Shown piece after piece: positions 1 to 9,354 of a stretch of DNA of 64,000 nt (position 1 is the stretch's first letter; the number at the start of each line of letters is the position of its first letter). A program made the translations under genes and the position numbers. Source of the stretch: an uncultured virus (IMG/VR IMGVR_UViG_3300027906_000011) (lineage: Duplodnaviria > Heunggongvirae > Uroviricota > Caudoviricetes); IMG/VR virus record IMGVR_UViG_3300027906_000011. The stretch is one strand, 5' to 3'. The notes beneath the pieces were generated by a model. It worked only from the letters and a program-made list of their open reading frames with translations. It made no database searches and was not told the DNA's origin.

Positions 1-5
1 TTAAG

Positions 6-434
6 TTGTGGGAGAATAGGTCTTATGAGAGTGCATTTGATAAGACTAAGGTGTTGTGGGATAATTGGGATACTATATGTCGGTGGACGGATGATGCGAA
101 CTTGGCGCATATTAGCGGACATAGTGCGTTCCAATATATTGATGAGTCACCTTCGTATATAAGGGAGAGATTACAGTCTTCACCGGCACATATGCGTGAA
201 TACGAACCTCATACGGATTATGGGAGTAAAGGGTTAACGATATTGGTACCTATTGCACCTGGTGTATCAGAACCTACTCGTTTTCATGGCTATGAAGGAC
301 GCCGGACGGTCCGCTCCGTGCCTTGGGCCATTAATCATGCCTATATGTTCAGACCATCGGCGAATCATTCGTGGCATTCGTATATCGGTGGTGAGAATGA
401 CAGGTGTGTATTAAACATTAACTTCATGAATTAA
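6..434 (+). CDS. 2OG-Fe(II) oxygenase-like protein (probably 5'-truncated by the window edge)
   Basis: HTD motif, distal HSWHS and terminal R-x-VLNIN strand. Confidence 0.6.
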   Translation: MWENRSYESAFDKTKVLWDNWDTICRWTDDANLAHISGHSAFQYIDESPSYIRERLQSSPAHMREYEPHTDYGSKGLTILVPIAPGVSEPTRFHGYEGRRTVRSVPWAINHAYMFRPSANHSWHSYIGGENDRCVLNINFMN

Positions 435-466
435 GGGTTGCATATGCGCTATCACTAGTGTTAGGA

Positions 467-474
467 TATAAATA
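467..474 (+). promoter_or_regulatory. T4-type late promoter TATAAATA
   Basis: Exact consensus, 5 nt before the ATG at 480. Confidence 0.75.
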
Positions 475-479
475 GTGAT

Positions 480-1874
480 ATGGCCTATTCAATAACAACT
501 CGTAAAGAACTCAATAAACATGTCGACTTTGACATTAGTATAATCACTGGCAATCTTGCCGACGGTGAATTCTTTGCAGAAGATAAGAAAGTCACCAGTC
601 GTTCTAAGGTCTATGTCGTTAAGATACCAAAGGTAGGTCAAGACAAACTCAAAGGTAAACTAAGAAAGATTGGTGTTAAGAGTCCATTCACTTTAGATAC
701 TATTACACTTGATGTAGAAGAACAAGATGGTCTATCATTGCGTTTACAGAAGACAGGAAAGACATCTACTGCATCAGATGGTAAGACTACGGCAATGCAA
801 GAGAACGCATCACTAGAAATCATTAAACAAGGTCTGGCGAACAATAAGACATACACCAGTGCAAAAGACATCGCAAAGAAACCCATATACAAGACTCTCA
901 TTGAAATCTATCCTGAGCTCAATGATGATTGGTTGAATGGTCTATATGCACAATATGCCAAGATGAATCAGAAGTTCCCTAATGCGAAGTTCGATACATT
1001 CAATAGAGATGGTGGTTTCATGGATTGGATAACATCATATGTGAAAACGAACTATAGGATTGCAAAGAAAGATGCGTGGAATCCGGCAGACATATGGTTA
1101 ATCAAAGATGAGGAGAAGATTAAGACCGCTCTCAAAGAGGCGAAGAGTCTAGAACAGTTCAATGATATCATGAGAACTCTGTATAAGAAGAGACAATTAT
1201 GTGGCATATCGTTGAAGAAGGTGTCAGGTAAGATTGCAAGGTTTATAGAAGTCAATATGACTGATGCGATACCTGATAGTAGTGCATATTCATTAGATTC
1301 AATCACTCAGAAATGGTCGGTGAATCAATCAGGCAATCTGGATTCTACTGATACAGTGATTCAAATATCAACAGGCACTAAGTCAATGAATGGTAAAAAG
1401 AGTGTGAAGTTTCAGATAAGACAAAACAGTAAAGGTTTCAACAACCTCAAGTTTGAAGGCACACAAGTTGGTGCAGGTGCGGCCAGACTTGGTAAGGCAC
1501 CACTTGATATGTTGCAGAATCTATTAAGTGGTTATGGTATCATCGACTTTGTGAATGACCACAACAAGTATCCTAAGACTATAGATGAATGGAAAGAAGT
1601 AAAGAGTGACTATAAGAAGATGTATGATGCCACCCACTCATCAATCACAAGTAATATAACCAAGAACAAATTCGTTGAGAATGTTGAGAGTTCATTTGAG
1701 AGTGGTGATAATGGTGATGCAACTGCATATACCACATCTAAATTGATGCAACTGGCGTTTGTTTCTAAGTTGATTACTCTGAGTGATAAAGACCAAGATA
1801 AATTATTAACAGAAATGTCTTATCTTGCGAAGAAGGAAGGTCCAATATTCGGACCACATGGTAAACTCTACTAG
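480..1874 (+). CDS. Putative restriction-endonuclease-fold (PD-(D/E)xK-like) protein
   Basis: T-x-x-QE...WNPADIW...GISLKK motif arrangement; 464 aa, Lys-rich. Confidence 0.5.
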   Translation: MAYSITTRKELNKHVDFDISIITGNLADGEFFAEDKKVTSRSKVYVVKIPKVGQDKLKGKLRKIGVKSPFTLDTITLDVEEQDGLSLRLQKTGKTSTASDGKTTAMQENASLEIIKQGLANNKTYTSAKDIAKKPIYKTLIEIYPELNDDWLNGLYAQYAKMNQKFPNAKFDTFNRDGGFMDWITSYVKTNYRIAKKDAWNPADIWLIKDEEKIKTALKEAKSLEQFNDIMRTLYKKRQLCGISLKKVSGKIARFIEVNMTDAIPDSSAYSLDSITQKWSVNQSGNLDSTDTVIQISTGTKSMNGKKSVKFQIRQNSKGFNNLKFEGTQVGAGAARLGKAPLDMLQNLLSGYGIIDFVNDHNKYPKTIDEWKEVKSDYKKMYDATHSSITSNITKNKFVENVESSFESGDNGDATAYTTSKLMQLAFVSKLITLSDKDQDKLLTEMSYLAKKEGPIFGPHGKLY

Positions 1875-1875
1875 T

Positions 1876-2772
1876 CTATAATATCCAAAGACTTAAATAA
1901 TAATCATCGGTCATAGGACCATCAGTCTCATCGATATATAACATCGATGATTGTCTAGTGATATCTCTCCAATCGTGTTCTAAATGGATGTAATCTGCCT
2001 CTTCGTCACCACCGGTACCACGCCATTGGTCTGGAAATGATGGTCTACAGTTCTCTTCATACTTGGCGTTCAGTGCCTCATTCTTCTCATTGTTGTTGGC
2101 GAAGTATTTACCCACAACGGCAGGTTGGAATGGTAACATGAACTCGTCAAACTCACCTTCAATGAAATGCATGAAAGTGTCATACTGTGTCATACTTTCT
2201 CCATCAAACATCTTTTCAACTAGTTTCGTATGTTCGCCATAGTTGTGTTGAAAGAAGTAAGGTAACAACATAGTATCTTCGGTGCCAGTCCAATCAACGC
2301 AAAAGTTGAGAGTCGCCCAATTGTTTTCAATCATCGCCTTTCTATCTGATTCTTCGATAGTGAATGAAGAATGATTAGGATTACCCTTATCTGGTAATGA
2401 ACTGAATAAGATTGAATGAGAGACACCTCGTGGTATCACTTTGCAATCACAAAACATGGTCTTATCTTGTTGACCAAATAGAGTATTGAAGAATACATGT
2501 CGTATTGCGAATGATGGATGTTCATTCTCTTGTAATGGTGGGACTTTAACATGACCCATGTTTGATTTACAATTTGAGTCGGTTGCGAATGAAGGTTTCA
2601 CATCTAAGAAGTCTTGTTCTTCATAGTCTGTTAAAACGGTGAATCTACAAAGATCCATACCCTCATGTCTTATTAGTCGTTGTCTATCAAGATGTAGTTT
2701 CAATCTCACTACATCGGCAGGTGTCCTGTCTGGGTCACCTTTCATACATACTGTTGCAATATTAAATGCCAT
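1876..2772 (-). CDS. Hypothetical protein with a glycosyltransferase-like N-terminus
   Basis: NIATVCMKG...VVRL...FTVLTD resembles phage GT-A-like starts; DxD is degenerate (FCDC). Confidence 0.35.
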   Translation of the reverse strand: MAFNIATVCMKGDPDRTPADVVRLKLHLDRQRLIRHEGMDLCRFTVLTDYEEQDFLDVKPSFATDSNCKSNMGHVKVPPLQENEHPSFAIRHVFFNTLFGQQDKTMFCDCKVIPRGVSHSILFSSLPDKGNPNHSSFTIEESDRKAMIENNWATLNFCVDWTGTEDTMLLPYFFQHNYGEHTKLVEKMFDGESMTQYDTFMHFIEGEFDEFMLPFQPAVVGKYFANNNEKNEALNAKYEENCRPSFPDQWRGTGGDEEADYIHLEHDWRDITRQSSMLYIDETDGPMTDDYYLSLWIL

Positions 2773-2848
2773 ACTTCATTTCTCCATTATAAAAGTTCAT
2801 TATATTATTATAATTTATTTAGTTAATTCCTTCAAGTGGTTTTTCCAA

Positions 2849-3463
2849 TTAAATCACATTTATCCAACCAGTGATTACATACTTCACATTACTCAATGGC
2901 GGATTACCTCTATGAGTATGAGTGAAACCAGCTGGCCATACGACAAATGTATTTCGTCTAGGTTGTATTCGTTTAGATTGATATAAGAATTCAGTCTCAC
3001 CACCTTCATCGACATCATTCAGATATACCATCCATGCAAGTATCGTTCTAACATCTTTTAGATGACTTGTGTGTTCACAATGCCAGTTATGATACCCCTC
3101 AGTTGGCCGTGTCTTCTGTATCTTCATCTGACTCGTGTATAGTTCTTTATATAGACCAGTCTCTATCACTGGATATTCATTCAACCATGAGTCCATTATC
3201 TCACCATCTACAATCTCTTTCATGTTTTGCATAGGTGTAGACAACATAGAGTCCATTGCACTATAGAACATAGAGGTGTCAGCACGAAGGTGTTTGTGTG
3301 AATCGTCATGACTCTCTCTTCGATTTACTGTTAAACCCCTCTCATCGCAATCATCAAATACATGAATACAATCATCAATTAGTCTTTCATCGAAACAGTC
3401 ATAGATGGTGAGTATGTGGTCACCGTGGTCTACCCATTCATATTCTCTTACTTTATCGTTCAT
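2849..3463 (-). CDS. 2OG-Fe(II) oxygenase
   Basis: GYHNWHCE, WMVYLNDVDEGGETEF, THTHRGNPP, KYVITGW. Confidence 0.9.
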   Translation of the reverse strand: MNDKVREYEWVDHGDHILTIYDCFDERLIDDCIHVFDDCDERGLTVNRRESHDDSHKHLRADTSMFYSAMDSMLSTPMQNMKEIVDGEIMDSWLNEYPVIETGLYKELYTSQMKIQKTRPTEGYHNWHCEHTSHLKDVRTILAWMVYLNDVDEGGETEFLYQSKRIQPRRNTFVVWPAGFTHTHRGNPPLSNVKYVITGWINVI

Positions 3464-3968
3464 CTGTTGCCTCGAAATAGTCTATATTTAATACATGTCT
3501 ATATCTTGCATCACATGTATTAGTCGTTCCTGTGTGTTGTATATGTGCATCGAATCTCAATATTCTATTCGCAACACTATCAACTCTCTCTGTAATGTCT
3601 TCACGCCACTTGTCTTTGAGTATGGTATACCCATTATTTGTATTCAAGTATAACAATGCAGTCTTTAAATTCTCTGGCGCATTTTCAATGTCTACATGAA
3701 ACTCGTTTTCTTTAATTATCTCGGTGCGTGGCATCATGTTAATCTTACATCGCACTAGAGAACAGACATTTAATTTATCTAATAATGGTTGAATCAAATC
3801 ATACGCATCACTCTGAGGTTCATTTCTAAAGTATATCGCATGTGTAAATTGCATCTCATGTGCTGTTCTATTGACCTTATTCAAGAAATATGGGAAATAC
3901 GGACTAGTGAACTTCTCTACTAGTTCGTCAAAGTAGTTTTGGTCTAATGCATTATCTATTATCTTCAT
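3453..3968 (-). CDS. 2OG-Fe(II) oxygenase-like protein
   Basis: FHVD, TALLYLNTNNGYT, HTGT, R-x-VLNIDY. Confidence 0.75.
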   Translation of the reverse strand: MKIIDNALDQNYFDELVEKFTSPYFPYFLNKVNRTAHEMQFTHAIYFRNEPQSDAYDLIQPLLDKLNVCSLVRCKINMMPRTEIIKENEFHVDIENAPENLKTALLYLNTNNGYTILKDKWREDITERVDSVANRILRFDAHIQHTGTTNTCDARYRHVLNIDYFEATDER

Positions 3969-4845
3969 TATTCGCTATATGCCATTCATGACTACACTCG
4001 GCACTACACCAAACATGTTCGACATTGTTCTCAACTATCGGTGAGTGATACTTAACTTCTTCTTGCCAGTTTTCTATTTCCTTAAAACACTGACTGCATT
4101 TCGCTGTCTGACTCATATTCTTTTCCTCTTCTGGTTGCACTTCACTATCTGATTCATATTCTCTCCCAAACCATATTAATAAAACATATCGTTCACCCTC
4201 ATATATGGGTTCAACGCCATGCCACACTTCACTTGAATTATTAAAGAACGCCATTGTGCCTGCCCTCTTAGGTATGATACAACCTTCTACATTCAGTTGA
4301 CCACCATGAAAGTCATCATTCAGTTGAACAATACATGTTCCATAATCTCTACCCACATCATTCTTGGCCATATCTCTATGATAAGGGAAGAAGGCGTCTG
4401 TCTTATATCTAACTATTTGACAATATGTAATTCTATCAAAGTCTCTATGGTCTATAAACTGGTCGCCCACAACATCCATTACTTTAGTAAACTCTGGCGA
4501 GTCTTGATTAACAGTCATATGTTCTTTACCATAACCTGACTCATATTTGTATGATAGATTAAATTCTTGAACTCTCTCGGATGGTGTGATAAAAGTCTCA
4601 TTGTCTGGATCCACAGTGACATCGTCATATGGCATACTATCAAACATGTCAATGAGTGTATCACATCCACGGTCATTTATTATTCTAGGTTTCAAGTATA
4701 GAAAGTTTGACTCTCTATCAAACTCATCTTCAACCCATTCATCTATAGGGTCATCATCTAGAGGTGCCATTATTGGTTCTGGATGGTCCATGTTTGGATT
4801 AGATTCATCCATTGGATTACCTATTCTGAATTTAGTTTCTGCCAT
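3952..4845 (-). CDS. Prolyl-4-hydroxylase-like 2OG-Fe(II) oxygenase with a C-terminal Cys4 zinc-finger module
   Basis: YHRD, LNDDFHGG, WHGVEP, GERY; tail CSQC...CSAEC has its own GAGG and in-frame ATG at 4116. Confidence 0.8.
   Translation of the reverse strand: MAETKFRIGNPMDESNPNMDHPEPIMAPLDDDPIDEWVEDEFDRESNFLYLKPRIINDRGCDTLIDMFDSMPYDDVTVDPDNETFITPSERVQEFNLSYKYESGYGKEHMTVNQDSPEFTKVMDVVGDQFIDHRDFDRITYCQIVRYKTDAFFPYHRDMAKNDVGRDYGTCIVQLNDDFHGGQLNVEGCIIPKRAGTMAFFNNSSEVWHGVEPIYEGERYVLLIWFGREYESDSEVQPEEEKNMSQTAKCSQCFKEIENWQEEVKYHSPIVENNVEHVWCSAECSHEWHIANNEDNR
4090..4162. repeat. Imperfect tandem duplication (32-nt copies, 41-nt period)
   Basis: 4090-4121 versus 4131-4162 match at 26/32 positions; all differences are transitions. 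Confidence 0.8.
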
Positions 4846-5533
4846 GATTTTGTCCTTGTGGATGGTAGAAAGTCACTTGCGTAAATCTCCAATTGTCTTT
4901 ATATTTATTGTAGTCATTTATATATGCACCATGCATACGATTGCCTGGAAAAATGACACATCTGTTAAACTTGTGTGGTATGATTCGTTCTATATCAAAT
5001 CTCTCTCCAACAGGATAGAGTAAACCCATATTCTCATCGTTAGTTATCCATTCACCATCATATACGGCAGTGCCACCATCTTCTTCTTTATCCATGTATA
5101 CTAACATATTGAGTGTTGCACAATTGTCTGGCGTATCTAATGCACTATCGATATGTGGATAGTGTTGCATCTCTTCATCAAACTCTGTAATAGTTTGAAA
5201 ACAGTTATACTCATATAGGCGTGACCAATCATAATCTCCTTTCCAATAGTATCGTCTGCATAGATTTAACAGTCGTTGATGTTCATTCTCATATATTCTC
5301 GTGGGATGTCCAACCTTATCTACTATCCTACAGTCGAGATAATCTTGACCATTGCGTGTAGACGATTCAGGATTATATTTCCACATTGGGTATTGTCTGT
5401 TCGTGATATGTTCATATAAGTCTTCTGCATTTTCATAGAAGTCATCAATCGTTAAGACTAATCCATCAAACTCATGGTTGTCAAATGATGACCTCATTTT
5501 GTATAGTTCGTCTAATATGACTACTTTATCCAT
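4832..5533 (-). CDS. DUF6445-like 2OG-Fe(II) oxygenase
   Basis: IDDFYEN, PHID, GGTAVY, FNRCVIF, MHGA, RFTQV. Confidence 0.75.
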   Translation of the reverse strand: MDKVVILDELYKMRSSFDNHEFDGLVLTIDDFYENAEDLYEHITNRQYPMWKYNPESSTRNGQDYLDCRIVDKVGHPTRIYENEHQRLLNLCRRYYWKGDYDWSRLYEYNCFQTITEFDEEMQHYPHIDSALDTPDNCATLNMLVYMDKEEDGGTAVYDGEWITNDENMGLLYPVGERFDIERIIPHKFNRCVIFPGNRMHGAYINDYNKYKDNWRFTQVTFYHPQGQNHGRN

Positions 5534-6269
5534 CTAATACCCCATAATCAAATTCGGTACCATGATGATATGAACCCAAATCTTCTGAGTGTTGTAAATT
5601 GAATGAAATACTGATTCTTTCGTAATTATCTCGTGACTTGGCCATAGGGACAGTATGGAGTAGATACGATGGCCACATCATAAAGTCGCCATTTTTAGGG
5701 AAAAATTCTAAGTCTGTCATTCCACCTGGTGTGCCTGAACCTTCGAGTTGTTCGGTGTATCTCATTCTATCGTCATTGGCGCCATGTCCAAATACTGAAC
5801 TCATATTGGGGTTAAAAAATTTGATGGGTTCTGAATCACTATCGGCCGATACATAGTATGTGCCTGATAATCTAGACTTGACATGATTGTGACATTCGTG
5901 TGCGTGTGGTTCATTATAGACATTCACCCATGCAAACAAATGTATGTTGTGTCTGTTCAATCCATCAGTTGGAAATAACCACATCTCTCTAAGAAATGCG
6001 ATATATGAATCCTTCATTCTATTGGCGAATGTGTTGAACCATGGTTGATTGTGTGTCTGTTCTCTTAAGTCATTATCAAAGTATGTTGTATACTCTGTTG
6101 TTGAATTGCCATTCGGAACCTTTGCAACAACATCTCTACAATGTTGTGCAACTTCTTTGTGGTTTAAATCTATCTGCCCTTGGAATATGGGAGTTGGGAA
6201 CATCTGATGATATTCGCCTCGGCATGGTGCATATGTATTTTTTGGGTTATCAATCTTTACCGGTTTCAT
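5526..6269 (-). CDS. Putative 2OG-Fe(II) oxygenase (TIGR02466-like)
   Basis: MFPTPI, WVN, HNH, LSGTYY, WPSYLLHTV, RISISFN. Confidence 0.8.
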   Translation of the reverse strand: MKPVKIDNPKNTYAPCRGEYHQMFPTPIFQGQIDLNHKEVAQHCRDVVAKVPNGNSTTEYTTYFDNDLREQTHNQPWFNTFANRMKDSYIAFLREMWLFPTDGLNRHNIHLFAWVNVYNEPHAHECHNHVKSRLSGTYYVSADSDSEPIKFFNPNMSSVFGHGANDDRMRYTEQLEGSGTPGGMTDLEFFPKNGDFMMWPSYLLHTVPMAKSRDNYERISISFNLQHSEDLGSYHHGTEFDYGVLDG

Positions 6270-6798
6270 TCTTCTTCACTGCAACCCCTACACCCTTTTC
6301 TCCACTCGGCATAGTGACATCTCTATAATATATAATAACTTCGCCCATTTGTTTGATATACCTTTTGAGTTCTTGCATATCTTCTGCCATGACTTTGTAG
6401 TCACCGATAGTAGTTGCAACAAAAAGTATTTCACCATTGTTCTGTTCTTTCATCTCGTCTAGGAATCTATCGAGATATGTATAACCTTCTGGCCAATCAG
6501 GATTCTCTAACTCTGATTTATCACATGCCTTAGGTCTTTTGAATTGTTCTGCGCCAGTCTTTTCATCAAACCTCTTAGGTTCAAATGAGATAGTCGCCTT
6601 ACATGGATTTGTGATAGTTGCCTCTGATACGACATACCATTGTGGTGCAGTCAAATTGACTGGTCGTGGTAAATCAGGTTGCATGATATCAATCTGTATA
6701 GGTTTAGAGACAATTTCTATGTCTCTGGCAGGTATTAATGAACAACCACTAATTAGTGCTGTCAGGCACAGTAAGCTTATAAAGTTTTTCTGTATCAT
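6250..6798 (-). CDS. Outer-membrane spanin lipoprotein (o-spanin)
   Basis: Lipobox LISG-C, Pro-rich PDLPRPV, C-terminal ELKRYI...IIYY helix; overlaps the i-spanin gene. Confidence 0.7.
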   Translation of the reverse strand: MIQKNFISLLCLTALISGCSLIPARDIEIVSKPIQIDIMQPDLPRPVNLTAPQWYVVSEATITNPCKATISFEPKRFDEKTGAEQFKRPKACDKSELENPDWPEGYTYLDRFLDEMKEQNNGEILFVATTIGDYKVMAEDMQELKRYIKQMGEVIIYYRDVTMPSGEKGVGVAVKKNETGKD

Positions 6799-7132
6799 CT
6801 TCTAACCCCTCCATTACTTTATCACTTGCACCATTGAATCTGTTCTCAATTAACCCTGGTTTCTTGAGTGCAAGTAAATCTAAATTATGTCTTGAAAATA
6901 TTGCAAGGTATTCTGCCTTCTCTGCCTCTATTTCGGCATTTGCACGAGACATGTTTTGTAATGCCTTACCTTGTTTTTCGTATGACTCTCTCAAGGCGTC
7001 CATCGCCTGTTGTTGTTCTTCTACAGCACTTTCTAACTTTATATTATTTGCGGTTAGTGTCTCATTCTGACTAAACAGATACCAACACATAAAACCTAAT
7101 ACAAGGCAAATGCCTATTAACGCTTGTTGCAT
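6749..7132 (-). CDS. Inner-membrane spanin (i-spanin)
   Basis: N-terminal TM, coiled coil, KKPGLIENRFN (T4 PseT.3-like). Confidence 0.75.
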   Translation of the reverse strand: MQQALIGICLVLGFMCWYLFSQNETLTANNIKLESAVEEQQQAMDALRESYEKQGKALQNMSRANAEIEAEKAEYLAIFSRHNLDLLALKKPGLIENRFNGASDKVMEGLEDDTEKLYKLTVPDSTN

Positions 7133-7202
7133 AAAATTCTCCTACAATATTGTCACTATCAGAGCGACAAAAATGCATAACATTATGAGTATGTCTTCTT
7201 CG

Positions 7203-7496
7203 TTAAACCTCTTCGGATTCATACTCGTAGTCTTCTATGATAAAGTTCAGACCTCCTGAACTACGGTGTTCTATGAGTTTACCATCTTCATCTTTAAATT
7301 TGAGATGTTTCTCTCTCTGTATAAAGATTTTCTTTGCGATGTATACTCTATCGTCACTATCACCATATTCATGGTTAAAAGATACAGTTATCTTATATCT
7401 TCTTAGAACCCATCCTTTGATGGTCTCATAGATATATCTAGTCCACTTCTTTACGAACTTATAGATATACTTAACCCATGATTTGAACTTATTCAT
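7203..7496 (-). CDS. Hypothetical protein
   Basis: ORF with late-type ACTAAATA 5 nt upstream. Confidence 0.55.
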   Translation of the reverse strand: MNKFKSWVKYIYKFVKKWTRYIYETIKGWVLRRYKITVSFNHEYGDSDDRVYIAKKIFIQREKHLKFKDEDGKLIEHRSSGGLNFIIEDYEYESEEV

Positions 7497-7504
7497 AATA
7501 GTAT

Positions 7505-8032
7505 TTAGTAGTCTTCTAAGGCAGTTATATTATTTCTTAGTTCTTTAAGTTTATTGATAGTGTTCTTTGCAGAAGTATGAACGATACCAATACCACCTGC
7601 TTCTTCCCAAGCCTTGATGTTTTTTGGTCTATCATCTATCAATACAGAACCCTCATAGGCGTAGGCTGCCTTTTGAGTGCCAGTAAATGTGCATGTCACT
7701 ACAACATTAGGGTCTACTAATCTCTTAATCCATTCGGTTTTGTCATATACAACCAACTCTCTGTTGACATGACCAGCGGCAGTTAATATCTCCCACGGTG
7801 TTTCACAATGTCTAACATATGCAAGTAAATCATACATATCTACCATTGGTGGTAGATTAGCGAATAGTCTTTTATCTGTTAATTCTTTCTTTCTCAAGTC
7901 ATAAGTCGTATGACCTTCATCATCATTGGTTAACGGTTCACCCAAATACTCAGGCGCCTCAACTCCCTTCAAGAAGTCAGCAAGAACACCGTCCATATCA
8001 ATGAATATTCTACTTACTTTTCCTTTTATCAT
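7505..8032 (-). CDS. HAD-family 5'(3')-deoxyribonucleotidase
   Basis: FIDMDGVLADF, ILTA, LIDD; start moved to MIKGK downstream of the promoter. Confidence 0.85.
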   Translation of the reverse strand: MIKGKVSRIFIDMDGVLADFLKGVEAPEYLGEPLTNDDEGHTTYDLRKKELTDKRLFANLPPMVDMYDLLAYVRHCETPWEILTAAGHVNRELVVYDKTEWIKRLVDPNVVVTCTFTGTQKAAYAYEGSVLIDDRPKNIKAWEEAGGIGIVHTSAKNTINKLKELRNNITALEDY

Positions 8033-8038
8033 GTCTCC

Positions 8039-8068
8039 ATGGTACGCTATTTTATGGTCTATTGTCAA
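8039..8068 (-). promoter_or_regulatory. sigma70-like early promoter TTGACA-N18-TACCAT
   Basis: Shares TTGACAATAG.CCATA with the 48-bp promoter repeat. Confidence 0.65.
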
Positions 8069-8363
8069 GGGTTTCCTCCAACAAATATGCCTCATTTTCG
8101 TCTATTTCCTGGCCGTTTAAAACCTGTCTAACATGCACCATTTCATGTGCCAATGTGATATATCGTTCTTTATTGAGTTTCACATATATTGAAATGTATG
8201 TGTCATTGTCTAATACTCTAGGGTGTTCAATCAATCCTTGTTGTGAGAAGGATGGTGGTAATCTCTTAATAGTGATTTGTGCGTTTCTGTCGTCTATTCC
8301 AAGTGTCTTCGAATAGTCAACTGCCTTCTCTAAGAGTAATGTATTTTTACAGTAAATCTCCAT
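8052..8363 (-). CDS. Small HExxH metallopeptidase-like protein
   Basis: TLAHEMVHVRQ...ENEAY. Confidence 0.65.
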   Translation of the reverse strand: MEIYCKNTLLLEKAVDYSKTLGIDDRNAQITIKRLPPSFSQQGLIEHPRVLDNDTYISIYVKLNKERYITLAHEMVHVRQVLNGQEIDENEAYLLEETLDNRP

Positions 8364-8535
8364 TTTCTAGTTCTTCATTATATGTTTCTAAGTGTTCACT
8401 ACTACAAAATGGACAGTGTTTGGGTCTAAGGTGTTCGCTCTCTAATTCTAGTGCATCTCTCAGTTGTTCATCTGAGATTGTTAGTGTCATGTCTTGGTCG
8501 CACTCTTCACAAAATATGTGATGTTTAATCGCCAT
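8347..8535 (-). CDS. Zinc-ribbon protein
   Basis: CEEC...HCPFC. Confidence 0.6.
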   Translation of the reverse strand: MAIKHHIFCEECDQDMTLTISDEQLRDALELESEHLRPKHCPFCSSEHLETYNEELENGDLL

Positions 8536-8794
8536 CTTCCTCTTCTCCTATGTCTAGTTTTTTCTCGCCGATTACTTCTTTCCAGAAATTATCGAATGAT
8601 TTGGGTTTACCATCAATCGTTGCATATGGTAATTCTCTCAAGACTTCGAATTCGTCCTTGAGTTGTATATATGTTCTCTTTTCATGTTCATTATGGTCAA
8701 TAGTCTTGAGTATATGTTTGTATCTGTCGCACAAGGCGTCATGAACATGTTCTGGCGGTAAGTATAAATGTATCTTCAATCTTTCACTCCACAT
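8525..8794 (-). CDS. Hypothetical protein, possibly a degenerate glutaredoxin fold
   Basis: LPYATIDG resembles the Grx cis-Pro strand; adjacent to the grx gene. Confidence 0.4.
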   Translation of the reverse strand: MWSERLKIHLYLPPEHVHDALCDRYKHILKTIDHNEHEKRTYIQLKDEFEVLRELPYATIDGKPKSFDNFWKEVIGEKKLDIGEEEDGD

Positions 8795-9015
8795 CGTTGT
8801 CTATGCCAATGAAGTAGTTGGTCATAACCTCCAATGTTTACACCATCTACTGTAATTTGTGGGAATGTTCTTGCAGTTGGAAACTGTTCCATCAACTCTT
8901 CTCTAGTGAAATCAACATCTAACTGATTGTAGATGTATTCATAATCATTCTGTTCACATAATGCCTTCGCTCTGTCACAATAGGGACATTGTGGTTTTCC
9001 GTATATCTCAATCAT
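8776..9015 (-). CDS. nrdC: Glutaredoxin
   Basis: CPYC, RTFPQI, IGGYDQL. Confidence 0.93.
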   Translation of the reverse strand: MIEIYGKPQCPYCDRAKALCEQNDYEYIYNQLDVDFTREELMEQFPTARTFPQITVDGVNIGGYDQLLHWHRQRCGVKD

Positions 9016-9182
9016 TTATTAAATCCTGCCATTTTACATACTTTATGGACTCTACCTGACTTCATGAGTTTGTGAAATTTCTTGAACCATTTCTTAATCA
9101 TCTTTCTGCATTGCCCAAATCCATGTATACACCAATATTGATATTATTATAATTCCGCTAAGGTATAGTAGTGCGTTTTCCA

Positions 9183-9341
9183 CTATCTTCCTTGACCTCG
9201 ATATGCCTTGTGTGACCTCTTCTTCGACTTGTTCATCGTAGACATTGATATCTTTGTTTTTCTGCCTCTTCCACCTTGACCGATAGAAGAACTCTTTGGC
9301 GAGGACTCAATGCCTCTTAACATGGTGTTTACTCTTTTCAT
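9183..9341 (-). CDS. Small basic phage protein of the YRGQG family (absent from the ORF track)
   Basis: 52 aa MKRVNTML...SKKRSHKAYRGQGR; AATAAATA upstream. Confidence 0.65.
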   Translation of the reverse strand: MKRVNTMLRGIESSPKSSSIGQGGRGRKTKISMSTMNKSKKRSHKAYRGQGR

Positions 9342-9354
9342 AGTATATTATTTA

